Shown one piece after another: positions 28,044-41,690 of a stretch of 64,000 nucleotides of DNA (positions are counted from its first letter, which is position 1; each line of letters begins with the position of its first letter). The notes beneath the pieces are model-generated. The model was not told the DNA's origin and did no database searches. It saw only the letters and a list, made by a program, of their open reading frames with translations. Location: assembly GCA_951406725.2 (NCBI GenBank), contig OX597831.1, forward strand, positions 33,232,001-33,296,000. The letters are read 5' to 3'. Source of the stretch: Octopus vulgaris. Its lineage: Eukaryota. The translations under genes and the position numbers were made by a program.

Positions 28044-28283
28044 AGTAATATACATTTATTACACATAGGCATACAGGTATACATATATACCCACATATAC
28101 ATATAGATACATGCATCATACATACACAAATGCATACATCCATCCATCCATCCATCCATACATACATACATACATACATTAACAAGACAGGACACCCAGT
28201 CAGACCCTTCAAACTGGAACATTCAGTTTGAAGCTTATATAATACACACACACACACACACATACACACACACACATACATAC

Positions 28284-28833
<550 letters not shown>

Positions 28834-28836
28834 GTG

Positions 28837-29215
28837 GAGGCGCATTGGCTCAGTGGTTAGGGCAGCAGATTCGCGGTCGTAGGATCACGGTTTCAATTAT
28901 GGGCATTATGAGTTTTTATCGAAAACACCTAAAGCTCCACGAGGCTCTGGCAGGGGGTGGTGGTGAACCTTGCTGTACTCTTTCACCACAACTTTATCTC
29001 ACTCTTTCTTCTTGTTTCTGTTGTACCTGTATTTCAAAGGACCAACCTTGTCACACTCTGTGTCACGCTGAATCTTCCTGAGAACTACATTAAGGGTGCA
29101 CGTGTCTGTGGAGTGCTCAGCCACTTGCACGTTAATAAATGAGCTGCAACGTCACTGGTGCCAAGCTGTATCGGGCTTTGATTTCCCTTGGATAACATCA
29201 GTTGTGTGAAGAAGC
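28837..29215 (+). mobile_element. SINE family B, chimeric (B1 body switching to B2 tail at ~29140)
   Basis: Matches 23385-23690, then 61255-61325. Confidence 0.8.
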
Positions 29216-29314
29216 GCTTATCGTTCTTCGATAAAAGATTGATTGAAGCTAACTATCTTCCTACACCTCGATCCCTTGATCATACATTCATCCACACACA
29301 CACACACATAAATA

Positions 29315-29520
29315 TCTTTTACATGTTTCAGTCATTAGACTGAGGTCATGCTGGGGCACAGCCTTCAAGAATTCTTAGTCGAATGTATTGACCTTAGTAC
29401 TTATTTTTTTAAAGCTTGGTGCTTATTCTATCGGTCTCTTTGCCGAACCGCTAAGTTAGAGGGATGTAAACACAGCACCGGTTCTCAAGCGCTGGTGGGA
29501 GACACACACAGACACAGACA
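29315..29520 (-). mobile_element. SINE family A tail
   Basis: Homology to 28530-28710. Confidence 0.75.
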
Positions 29521-29538
29521 AATGCGCACACACATATA

Positions 29539-29595
<57 letters not shown>

Positions 29596-29961
29596 ATAAT
29601 ACAATATAATATAATATAATATAATATAATATAATATAATATAATACAATATAATATAATATAATACAATATAGTATAATATGAATAATACATATATATA
29701 TTCATATGTGGGCACAGGATGTCACGCAACGTGTACAACAAGAAATACGAAGTGCGTGTACATGGAATATGAACTATTTTTCGAACAACGAAAGACACAA
29801 GTGGAAAACAAGACAAACAACACAAAAAATGACCCTTCATCAGTTGTTGGTGGCTGTTTTTCTACTCTCGTATTTCGAGTATTTATATACATATGTCCTC
29901 AGCTTAACACCCAAACACTCTGAAATGTTCATATATATACATACATATACGCACACACACA

Positions 29962-30004
<43 letters not shown>

Positions 30005-30057
30005 ATATATATTTATGTGTGTATATATATATACGTATATATATATATGTGTGTGTG

Positions 30058-30114
<57 letters not shown>

Positions 30115-30129
30115 GGATGTATGCATTTA

Positions 30130-30318
30130 TGTGTGTGTCTGTATTTGTCCCTCACCCCGCCATCACTGGACAACCAATGCTGGTGTGTTTATGTCCCCGT
30201 AACTTAGTGGTTCAGCAAAGCCAAGTACCGATAGAATAAGTACTTGGCTTATAAAAAATAAGGCGGTACTCCAGCATGGCCGCAGTCAAGTGGCTGAAAC
30301 AAGTAAAAGAATAAAAGA
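30130..30318 (+). mobile_element. SINE family A tail
   Basis: Homology to 28520-28720. Confidence 0.8.
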
Positions 30319-30374
30319 ATATGGAAAGAGTAAGGAAAGAGAGAAAGAGAGAGAGAAAGAAATATGCATACTTG

Positions 30375-30428
<54 letters not shown>

Positions 30429-30515
30429 AGTCTCTATAAATATACATACATGTGAATATATATATATATATATATATGTATTTGTATATGTATATGTGTG
30501 TGTATATTTATGTAT

Positions 30516-30598
<83 letters not shown>

Positions 30599-30848
30599 CA
30601 TACAGATACATACATATATTATTTACATATTTATTAAATTTTTTTTATATTCCATTTATTATATATATATATATATATATATATTTCTGCGCCATCTTTG
30701 GTTACGCCACCCGACTCTGCTTTCCTGCTAACCCCATCGCCCACCCCCATTCTACTTGCTCTCCTTACTTCCCATTACCCAGTTCAATCAAGGTGTTCTA
30801 AATAGTCTTGGGAAAAGTTAGTGCCACATAATTTGATCTATAACTTAC

Positions 30849-30887
30849 TGATTTCTGACACAAACCAAGAGAATTCAGTGGAATCGT
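30849..30887 (-). other. Candidate 39-nt micro-exon of an unidentified gene
   Basis: Minus strand: pyrimidine-rich ..ttcccaaaattttCAG|39 nt|GTAAGT; length divisible by 3; two open frames (TIPLNSLGLCQKS or DSTEFSWFVSEI). Confidence 0.4.
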
Positions 30888-31013
30888 CTGAAAATTTTGG
30901 GAATATTACAGGAAACGACATGAAGACTGGAGAAATTTAATCAATAAATATTACAGAAAGAAAAAAAAACAACAGATATTTGAAACTATGAAACTATATA
31001 CATGTGTATGCGG

Positions 31014-31046
<33 letters not shown>

Positions 31047-31176
31047 TGTATGTATGTATGTATGTATGTATGTATGTATGTATGTATGTATGTATGCATG
31101 TATGTATGCATGTTTGTATGTATGAATATATGTATGTATATGTGCATGTATGTGTCTCTCTCAATATGTATGCATG

Positions 31177-31239
<63 letters not shown>

Positions 31240-31437
31240 GTAGATAGATATATTTATTTATACGTATAAAGATATATACGTGTATATAAGTATATAACCG
31301 TGAATATGCATGTATAATATATATAAATAAATATATATATATTATATTTGAATACACACACACACATATATATGTATATATGTACATATTTATATATATA
31401 TATATACGTATGCATATGCATATATGAATATTTATGT

Positions 31438-31566
<129 letters not shown>

Positions 31567-32023
31567 ATATATATACATATATATATACATATGTATGAAT
31601 ATATATATGTGTGTGTGTGCATATATGAGAATATCCATCTATCCACCTGTCTATTTGTATGTGTGTGTGTGTGTGTTCAACAACTCGGCTGATAGTGCGT
31701 GCTATAACTATGAAAAATAAACAAATAGGGATAATGGATCAAAGATACAACATCAAGGAAATATGAAATATTTACCACAATTTTTGCGGAACATTTTGAT
31801 GTATCTTAAAGAACATCTTGCTGTTTCGATGACTTTTCTTCTCATCAGCCGGTTCTGAATTAAAGGCTTTTAATGAATCTACATTTAAAGCAGTTACTGA
31901 CATCAAGTGAGAGTAGTGTATGAATCAACCAGGATGGACAAAGTAACGAATATGTCACTTCCTGTAACAGAGAAAAAATACAGCGTTGGAAAGATAGTTT
32001 AAATTACTTTAAAAAGATCAACG

Positions 32024-32061
<38 letters not shown>

Positions 32062-32087
32062 GTATATATATATTTATTTATTTATTG

Positions 32088-32133
<46 letters not shown>

Positions 32134-32139
32134 ATTTAT

Positions 32140-32197
<58 letters not shown>

Positions 32198-32395
32198 ATG
32201 TTAGTTATGGTATATTTTGTTTAAAACGTAGTAGAGTACAATATAAAGCTTTTCCACTTTCAGATTTCATCCTACACTATCAGGTAGTAGTATTATACGT
32301 TCTTGTAGGTATGCGTTTGGATTTCTGTCATGTGTGAATCGATAATTGAAAAATTTTTAGATTCAGCAAGGAGTACAGTTGGACATATACTTTCA

Positions 32396-32501
32396 ATCGC
32401 TACAATTGTTTCTACGCAACGTAGTTCTCCTGGCGTGTAGATACTTCACTATGTAATCATTTCCCTGCATTATGAGATCTTGTTGTGTTTCCTCAGGTGA
32501 T
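32396..32501 (-). ncRNA. Type-I hammerhead-like motif, opposite polarity
   Basis: ATCAC CTGAGGA [hairpin] GAAAC AATT GTA GCGAT. Confidence 0.55.
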
Positions 32502-32602
32502 ATGTAAATATTGTTTCCGTAAGTTCAAATTCTTGGCTTCAAGAGCATCCTCTCTGTCTGTCGTGGCCTGAAAGACAGAACTTACGGAAACAATATTTAG
32601 AT

Positions 32603-32708
32603 ATCGCCTGAGGAAACACAACTAGATCTCATAACGCAGGGAAACAATTGCATAATTAAGTACCTGCACGCATGGAGAACTATGTTGCGTGGAAACAATT
32701 GTAGTGAT
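32603..32708 (+). ncRNA. Type-I hammerhead-like motif with long stem II
   Basis: ATCGC CTGAGGA [77-nt imperfect hairpin] GAAAC AATT GTA GTGAT; the stem II closing pair is a mismatch. Confidence 0.6.
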
Positions 32709-32819
32709 CAAAAATTCTATGTCCAACCGTACACCTTGTTGATCTAGATTTTTTCAATTACATATAAGTGTGCGTGTGTGCAATGTGCGTGTGTGCAATG
32801 TGCGTGTATATGCATATAT

Positions 32820-32850
<31 letters not shown>

Positions 32851-32854
32851 CATA

Positions 32855-33190
32855 TTCTTTTATTGTTTTATTTGTTTTAGTCATTTGACTGCGGTCATGC
32901 TGGAGCACCGCCTTTAGTCGAGCAAATCGACCCCAGGACTTATTCCTTCTAATCCTAGTACTTATTTAATCGGTCTCTTTTGCCGAACCGCTAAGTGACG
33001 GGGACGTAAACACACCAACATTGGTTGTCAAGCGATGGTGGGGTACAAATACAGACACACACAAATACATTTCCGTCTACCAAATCCACCCACAAAGCTT
33101 TGGTCGGTCCGAGGTTAGAGTAGAAGACTCTTGCCCAAGGTGCCACGCAGTGGGACTGAACCCAGAGCCATATGGTTGGTGAGACCACTC
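32855..33190 (-). mobile_element. SINE family A (internal deletion)
   Basis: Reverse complement of 28340-28720. Confidence 0.88.
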
Positions 33191-33248
33191 CTACGCCTAT
33201 ACATATATACATATGTATATATATATACATGTGTGTGTGTCTACATGC

Positions 33249-33286
<38 letters not shown>

Positions 33287-33315
33287 GTATATGTGTGTGT
33301 CTATGAGTGTGTGTG

Positions 33316-33355
<40 letters not shown>

Positions 33356-33372
33356 AGTGTGTGTGTGCTTAC

Positions 33373-33798
33373 GCGCATGAATTTAGGCAGTTCAATACTT
33401 GCTGATCGAAACGAGATGCTTAATCTTTGAGAGAACTCAACAGTCCAAGTGGTAGCGGGTGCTATGAGTTTCTGCGTACGTGAATGGAACAAGCAGGAAG
33501 AAAGTGGTTATGTTTGTGATCCATTCTTCCCATGAGTTTAATTCACAAATACATGAAATAATAGCACCGTTTTCCTGTTGAGCCGTTGAGTACTCTCAGA
33601 GATGGTAGACGTCAGATCAGGTGATGTAGGTATGGGGTGTAGGGACTGCGCTGTTGCAGCGCATCGCTGCATCTACCATTCGTTGGTATCTGCTCGGGTC
33701 GTCTCGGACCATCCACCGGGCAGTCTCCTTGTTCTCATCTCCGCGACCATGTAGACATGGTAGAGAGAGGCATAAAAAATATCATGGAATGTGGAAGA
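33373..33798 (-). other. Candidate 5'UTR/first coding exon of an unidentified gene
   Basis: Unique, balanced-composition island; ends ..ATG CGC|GTAAGC; possible acceptor ttttatAG at ~33800; only short uORFs inside. Confidence 0.25.
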
Positions 33799-34534
33799 CT
33801 ATAAAATTGGTAGAATGTCAGAGAAATGATCATGTTGTATGGTAGATTGGTAGATGTGGTTGAACGTCGTCAGACATGTAATACTTTTGGCATAATGTAC
33901 AGAAAGATACAAACAACAGACTGGCAGATTTGGTTGAGGGAGAGAGAAACGGTCGTTTTTTGACGGACAGAGCAACGTACAATACGATAAACAGAATTGC
34001 CACAGCATCAAACCGAATTCCTTGCAATATATTCATAACATACGGCTTAGGTTCCGAGTTCGAATTTCACTAGTTAATTTAACCGTTCACTCTTCGTAGA
34101 TCCATAAAATTAAAATGCCAGTGAAATAATGGGGTCGACACAATAGGCTGTGACATTTGAAACCCCAACATTTTAGGCGTTTTGCCTAATTAAGAAGTCA
34201 ATATTTTTAGCTACGACTCTTTAAATTATGATTTTTATCTTCCAACATAATTCGCCTTCAATTTTCACCTCCTGGGGCCGATAAAATGAAGTATCGAGTT
34301 CAATGAAATCAAGCATAAATCTCGATTTCTAATGTGTAGCGTTTTGCTAACGGTGGTGGGGGTGGGGGTATAGCGGTAGTAGTGGTTGTGATGGTGATGG
34401 CGATGGTGGTCGTAATGGAGGAAATGGTTATGCTGGAAGAGGTGGTAGGTGGTGGTGGTATGGTAGTGATAGTGGTGATAGCAGTCGTAGTGTTGCTGTT
34501 GTTGTTGCTGTTGTTGTTGTAGTTGTTGTTGTAG

Positions 34535-34569
<35 letters not shown>

Positions 34570-35317
34570 GCTGTTGTTGTTGTTATTGGTGGTGGTGGTG
34601 GTGGTGGTGGTGGTAGTTGTAGCAAAGTATTCTAATTATTATCTGAAAGATTACATTATCGTATTGCTGTTGCTGTTTAGCCCCAGGTAATTAGTTATCG
34701 AGCAAAAGGCCTACCATCAAACGTATTCCAGCCGTGACCACGCTCATTCTTTTTCTCTCTTCTTCTTTAGTACAATAACCCCCAAATATGCCCTTTTTTT
34801 TACGATTTAATAGGTCATTTTTATGATTTAAAGGCGATTTTGCTGCTATTTTTAGCCAATCTAGCGACCACATAGTGGCTCTCTCATTGTCCTACATGTT
34901 ATCCTGTGGCTTGGTTAGTCTCTAACCTCCGACATCATTTTTTTTTCAAACAAAACCAACAAAACAAATAGGGTTCGTTTCGTTCAGATTTATGCCCTTC
35001 ACAGCAGTCATTTTTGATGTTCTTAGATTTTTATGAGCAGTCAAGGTCGACACTGTTTTTTAATTAGGCGTTAGTTTATGCCTTTCACTAATCGCCATTG
35101 ATATATTTACCTTTCTTGGAGTGTGGAGAGAAGAATTGCTTGAAGCAGACGACAGGCTTAGCTGCCTTGCTGTCTGACGTCACTTTACTGCCTCACCCCC
35201 GCCCCGTCATCTCTCTATCTCTATTTCTATCGCTCACTACCTCTTGTTTCACTACGCTGTCTTTCTCCCCCTCCCTTTCTCTAGCTTCCTCTTGTTTCAC
35301 TACTCTCTCTCCCTCTC

Positions 35318-35387
<70 letters not shown>

Positions 35388-35689
35388 ACATTGTCTTGTT
35401 TCACTACCCAATCTCTTCCACTCTCCCTCTCTCTCCTCTCTTTCCCCTCTCCCCTCTCATGTATTCTCCTCCTCCTCCTACTTCCCCTCTTTCTTTCTCT
35501 CCCAATCACTCATTTTCTTTCTCTTCCCATTCTCTTCTATGCATGCAATTCTTTCTCTCTCTTTCACACTTACTCTCTCTCATTCTCACTCTCTCTCTCC
35601 CACTCTCTTCTTTTATATCCTTATTCCCCTCTTCTTCGCATCCTTCTTCCCAAACTTTCCATTCACTTCAGATCGCCATTTGACACTAT

Positions 35690-36125
35690 CACCACCACCA
35701 CCACTACCACCACCACCACCACCACCACCACCACCACCACCACCTCCACCACTATAAATACAGTTATCACCACTTCCACTACAGCCTGCACCTCTATAGC
35801 CATCACAACTACTATCGTCATAACCACTACTACAACCGCCACAACCATTTCTACACTACAACTTCTACCACCACCATTACAACTACCGCCAAAACCAATA
35901 CCACACTTAACACAACTACCATCACCACTACCACCACCACCACCACAACAACAACATCAACAACAAACGCTACCACCACCTCCACCATCACTGCTACAAC
36001 ATCAACTACCACCACCTTCACTACTACCATTACCACTACTACTACAAACGCCACCACCACCACCATCACTACTACTACTACTACTACTACTGCTACAATC
36101 GCCACCACCACCACCACCACCACCA
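35690..36125. repeat. (CAC/CTA/CAA)n trinucleotide low-complexity tract
   Basis: Direct reading. Confidence 0.9.
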
Positions 36126-36399
36126 GAGGTCACTACATCACTTCCATCTCTATGATTAGGTAATAAAAATGTGTTTTGATTGGTTGTGGTGTAATTGACG
36201 TTGCCATTTACGAGAGGTCACATGACATTTTATTTGTGTCGTCGGCTGGGACTGAACCATCGTCAGCAAAATAACGAGGTGACTATGTGTGAAGGGCAGC
36301 ACTTAATGGCTGGCCCATTATTAGGATAGTTGAGGGTGGTGAGATGGTGGCGGTGTTAGTGGCGTTGGTGTCTGTTGCAGTGGTAATGCAGGGAGTGGT

Positions 36400-37340
36400 G
36401 GTGGTGGTGGTTGTGGTGATGATAATGATGTTGGTGATGGCAGTGGTGGTGGTGGTGGTGGTGGTGTGTGGTGATGGTGACGGCGACGATGGTGGTGGTT
36501 GTTGCAGTTGTTGTTAGTGGTATGTAGGTGGTAGTGATGGTGATGATGGTGATGATGGTGGTGGTGGTGGTGATGATAATGATGTTGGTGATGATGGTGG
36601 TGGTGGTGGTGATGGTGACGGCGACGATGGTGGTGGTTGTTGCTGTTGTTGTTGGTGGTGTGTAGGTGGTAGTGATGGTGATGATGGTGATGATGGTGGA
36701 GGTGGTGGTGATGGTGACGGCGACGATGGTGGTGGTTGTTGCTGTTGTTGTTGGCGGTGTGTAGGTGGTAGTGATGGTGATGATGATGGTGATGTGGTGG
36801 TAGTGGTGGTGATGGTGACGGCGACGATGGTGGTGGTTGTTGCTGTTGTTGTTGGTGGTGTGTAGGTGGTAGTGATGGTGATGATGGTGATGATGGTGGT
36901 GGTGGTGGTGGTGGTGGTGGTGGTGGTGATGGTGACGGCGACGATGGTGGTGGTTGTTGCTGTTGTTGTTGGTGGTGTGTAGGTGGTAGTGATGGTGATG
37001 ATGGTGATGATGGTGGTGGTGGTGGTGGTGGTGGTGATGGTGACGGCGACGATGGTGGTGGTTGTTGCTCTTGTTGTTGGTGGTGTGTAGGTGGTAGTGA
37101 TGGTGATGATGGTGTGATGGTGGTGGTGGTGGTGGTGGTGGTGATGGTGGTGATGGTAGTGGTGGTAGTGGTGGTCGTCGTGGTGGCGGTTGTGGTGATG
37201 ATAATGATGTTGATGATGGTAGTGGTGGGTGGTGGTGGTGGTGGTGGTGGTGATGGTGACGGCGACGATGGTGGTGGTTGTTGCTGTTGTTGCTGGCGGT
37301 GGTGGTATAGGTGGTAGTGGTGGTGATGGTGATGGCGACA
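36400..37340. repeat. Higher-order minisatellite (~100-135-bp unit, ~7 copies) built from GGT/GAT/GTT triplets
   Basis: Anchor gatggtgacggcgacgatggtggtggttgttgc recurs at ~36474, 36611, 36710, 36811, 36928, 37036 and 37252. Confidence 0.9.
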
Positions 37341-38099
37341 ATGTTTGTAGTAATAACGTAGGGAGCGATGGTTTTGGTGGTGGTTTTGATATTGGTGGTG
37401 GTGCGGTGATGATGTTAATGGCGGTGGTGGTATGATGCTGCAGTATTGGTTGCAGTGGTGGTGAAATAGTTTTAGTGGTAGTTGTGGCGTAGTGATGATT
37501 GTAGCGGTGATAGTACGACAGTGGTACGGCAATGTAATGGTGTTGTAGTAACAGTAGAAGTATGCTAATGGTATGGTATGATGTTATATAGTAGTGGCGA
37601 GGTGGTCGTTGATAATGGTGGTCGTAGTGCTGATGGTGGTGGGATGGTCTTGGTAGTAGTAGTGTGGTGGTGCTCTCGTTAGTGATAAGTGGTGTCATGG
37701 TTACTGATAGTAGTGGTGGCGGTGGCGATGGTGGTGGTAGTGATAATGGTGGTGATGGTTATGGAGGTGGTGGTTGTGATGGTGGTGGTGCTCGTAGTGG
37801 TGGTAATGGTTATGCAGGTGGAGGCGGCGGTGACGGTAGTGGTAACGGTGTTAGTGTGGATGATTGTGATGGTGATGGCGACGATTCTAGTAGCGGTGGT
37901 GGTAGTGACGGTGGCAGTGGCAGTGGCGGCGGCGGCGGTAGTGGTGGTGTTGCGTGGATGGTATTAGATGACGGTGCTAACGCTGCTGATGAAAGCGGTG
38001 ATGCTCTTAGGCGTGTTGGTGGTGTTGAAGACGTTTTAAGGGTGATGGTCGTGGTAGGATTGGTGTCTCGGTCTACATTTATAAGAAATCTTTATTACT

Positions 38100-38250
38100 G
38101 TAGGCGCAGAAGTGGCTGTGTGGGAAGAAGCTTCCTTATTAACCACATGGTCCCGGGTTCAGTTCCATTGTGTCTTCTACTAAGACCTTGCGCCAACCAA
38201 AGCCTTTTCAGTGAATTTGGTTGGCGGAAACTGGAAGAAACCCGTCCGGC
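38100..38250 (+). mobile_element. SINE family A head
   Basis: ggcgcagaagtggctgtgtggg..ccgggttcagttcc. Confidence 0.75.
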
Positions 38251-38498
38251 TATCGCGGGTGTTACGTTCCAAAACTCCAAGCGATAGGTGAAGATCCACG
38301 AAGTGGAAACTGTACTGTATATGTATATTTTGTATATATTTATTTTATTATAAATGCAAAACAGCACAACACACTCGCCTCCCAAGTTTCGTTTTCCATA
38401 CAGTATGTGCGATTCTTTGTTTACACATCTACGGTACACTACGTATTTTCTTTTAATATATTTTAATTAATGTACTGTATTTTTATTTATTAATTTAA

Positions 38499-38800
38499 CT
38501 AGCTGTCCCCGTGCCGTAAAAAAATTACGGCTAATTGTAGTATTTTATCTGTAGATAAGGTACACAACCAAGTTTTTAGTTTAATAATTCCTTTATTACC
38601 AATTTTTTTGTGAAAAATCTATCCGCAATTAACATCCCTTGACTGCTTATTTCCTTTAAAAGAATTTTTAGAGTTTTCTTCCTTCTTGTACAACACGAGG
38701 CCCACATAAAGCTGGCCGTGATTAAATACAGGAGCTGGCAAGTAAATACCAACATTTTCGAAGCGGCGTTTCCTTTCAATTGCGTTCTCCATTACTGAAA
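38499..38800 (-). mobile_element. Helitron 3' end with a PIF1-like helicase C-terminal remnant
   Basis: FENVGIYLPAPVFNHGQLYV (RepHel helicase motif VI region); terminal hairpin ccgtaa..ttacgg, then CTAG|T. Confidence 0.85.
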
Positions 38801-38933
38801 CCAACCTAAATTCATACGACCTAAAGCCACAAAAAGCAGTCCATGTCTTATAGCTGATGTAAAACTTTGGAAGTTTTCTAAGCAAAAAGAAGGGGGGAAA
38901 ATAGTAAAGTTTGGTATTCCATCTTGTCTCAGA

Positions 38934-39007
38934 AACTCCCTATTCAAAATAAATTAGGTACATGTATGAACTCCCTATTCAAAATAAATTAGGTACATGT
39001 ATGAACT
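38934..39007. repeat. 35-bp tandem duplication
   Basis: aactccctattcaaaataaattaggtacatgtatg occurs twice. Confidence 0.95.
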
Positions 39008-39314
39008 GTTAAATGTGTATTTATAATATACTTTTCAACTGCAGTCGTTTTATATTTTTGGTACACTCAGGCGATAATTATTTTCTCTAATGAGTTTGTA
39101 TATGTTTGTGTATGTGTGTGTGATTGTAATAATTATTTTTAACAAAACAAATGAATATGGATGATAAATGAAATTAATACACTTGTCAATGTTATCTGGT
39201 GGTTGTCTTTTGAGATGTGACATCGATCATCTTTCGTTACTGAAAGAACGCTGGTTCACACATACACACACATGCTTCCCTTGTACATACACACACATTC
39301 ACACATGTACTTTT

Positions 39315-39521
39315 CTACTCGAGGCAGAAGGCCCGACATTTTTGGGGAGGGGCCCAGTCGATTTGATCGACCCCAGTACGCAAATTGTACTTAATTTATC
39401 GACTCCGAAAAGATGAAAGGCAAAGTCGACCTCGGCGGAATTTGAACTCAGAACGTAAAGACAAACGAAATACTGCTAAGCATTTCTCCCGGCGTGCTAA
39501 CGCTTCTGCCAGCTCGCCGCC
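39315..39521 (-). mobile_element. SINE family C (alternative tail)
   Basis: Head and body match 57800-57957; tail is cccctccccaaaaatgtcgggccttc. Confidence 0.88.
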
Positions 39522-40149
39522 TTCACATACTCACATATACTTACACAGAACTGAAACACTCTTTGATTTTTTTCACCCTTTCACCCTTTCCTTTTTTATT
39601 CATCTATCACCCCTTCCTTTCTCATTCATATGTTGTGACGGAGAAAAACACAAGAGTATTATCATAGCAGAAGATACACGACGCTCTCTTTGCCACTTCC
39701 TCTCTTTCATTATTATTACTTTCTCTCATTCCCTCTCAGTCATGGCTATTACTCTCACTACTTCTCCTTCACTGAATTACAATTTTCTCTCCTCTCTTCA
39801 CTTACGACTACTGTTTCTCCTAGTCCCTCCTACTGCGTGATTTTGGACATATATATATCAAAACACTACGCTCATTATTATATTGGATTTTAGGCGTGAA
39901 AATGCTTATTTTACCACAGAAATAATTAAAATCTAAAGAAATATAAATACTTATCGGCTGCAGAAACCTGCGATATAGATTTACATATATTAGCCAGAAA
40001 AATCCGCGATATACTGTGAGCGTGATTGGTGAACCGCGACATGGTGAGTAATTACTGTATACATATACACGTTTGTGTTTGTGAGTGTGTGTATGTGTGA
40101 GTGTGTGTGAGTGAGTGAGTGTGTGTGTGCGTGCGTGCGTCTGTGTTAC

Positions 40150-40365
40150 TTTATGTCTGTGTTTGTCCTCCACCACTGCTTGACAACTGGTGTTGGTGTG
40201 TTTACATCCCTCGCGACTTGCGCTTTGGCAAAAGAGACCGACAGAGCATTACCAGGTTTTAAAAAAAAAAGATAAGATGCAATGGGATCGATTCATTCGG
40301 TTAAAAATTCTTCAAAGCCGTGCTCCAGCGTGGCCACAGTCGAATGACTGAAACAAATAAAAGGT
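40150..40365 (+). mobile_element. SINE family A tail
   Basis: Homology to 41490-41690. Confidence 0.8.
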
Positions 40366-41282
40366 TAGAGATAAAGCCTTCATTAAGATGTCGCTAAACG
40401 CATTACAGTCGGCGAAACGGTTTTGATCCCAATAAGAGCCACAAGTCTTAACCATTGTATTTTGCTAAATTTCTGAGACAAGATGGAATACCAAACTTTA
40501 CTATTTTCCCCCCCTTCTCTTTGCTTTGAAAACTTCCAAAGAGAAAATTCTCTCCAGCCATGACTACCACCTCTGTTACTACCTCCGCTACTACCACAAC
40601 CGCTACTATCTTCATTTGACTTGGACCCGCTGAAAATAGCAGTCAAATCTAAATCAAATCACCCCCTCCTGTTCTCAAAACTGACACATTGGATAATGTA
40701 GTCTAAGGTTCCCATTAAATCTAGAAAAGACAAAATGGTCACGACCGGAACGCCTTCAGTCACAAGTCTACTATATCAGTTTGGGTCCTAAACTAAACAG
40801 CAGCAACAAGAGGAACAGCAGTACTGTTGTTGTTGTTATTGTTGTTGTTGTGGTTGTTGTTGTCGTTGTTTGGGGGGGGGGTCATTGTTTAGCTCCAGCT
40901 TGGCCTTGGTTATACAGTTCTATACAATCAAAAGCGTTCCATCCTTGACTGTCTATTTGTCTTTTTGTCCACTCATACTCCTGTGTGTCCTTCCCTTCTT
41001 TTTATTTCAGCATAAGATGCAATTTGGTTTAGATTTGTCCGCTATTTCTTGCAAATTAATCGACCACGTAATGGTCCCTTCATTGCATTGACTTCAAGAT
41101 GCTTCTGTTGCTGTTGTTGTTGCTGTTGTTTCTGTTCTTTAGCCCTTGGTCCATCCTGCTTGAGTAAATCTTTGAATAAAGAAGACCAAAGACGTTCCAA
41201 GTATTTAGGACCATATTATCTAATATGGCCTTCTTTGAAAAGAACCGTACAGTAAGATTAGACAGACCTTACTGCTATTTCT

Positions 41283-41690
41283 AGGCGCCGGTGTGGCTGT
41301 GTGGTAAGAAGTTTATTTCCCAACCACATGGTGCCCGGTTCAGTCCCACTGAATGGCATCTCGGGCATGTATCTTCCGCTATAGCCTCGGGCCGACCAAA
41401 GCCTTTTCAGTGGATTTGGTAGACGGAAACTGAAAGAAGCACGTCGTGTGTGTGTGGGTGGGTGGGTGTTTGCGTGTGTGTTGTGAGTTTTTGTCCCCAC
41501 CACTACTTCACAACCGATGTTGGTGTATTTGCGTCCCCGTAACTTAACGTTTCAGCAAAAGAGACCGATAGAATAAGTGCCAGGCTTTTAAAATAAGCAC
41601 TGGGATTGATTCATTCAACTAAAAATTCTTCTAGGCGGTGCCCCAGCATGGCCGCAGTCAAATGACTGAAACAAATAAAAAAAAAAGATA
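41283..41690 (+). mobile_element. SINE family A, full length
   Basis: Head, short internal TG tract, tail. Confidence 0.9.

Larger units (their letters stand above)
32343..32760. mobile_element. Palindromic (foldback) element with ~184-bp arms, each containing a hammerhead-like motif
   Basis: 32343-32526 is an imperfect reverse complement of 32578-32760; ~50-bp spacer. Confidence 0.88.

Noticed and set aside
36321-37698. 403-aa and 394-aa Pro/His/Thr-rich ORFs
   Set aside because: CAC/CCA/ACC triplet repeats are open in several frames by composition; no domain or splice support.
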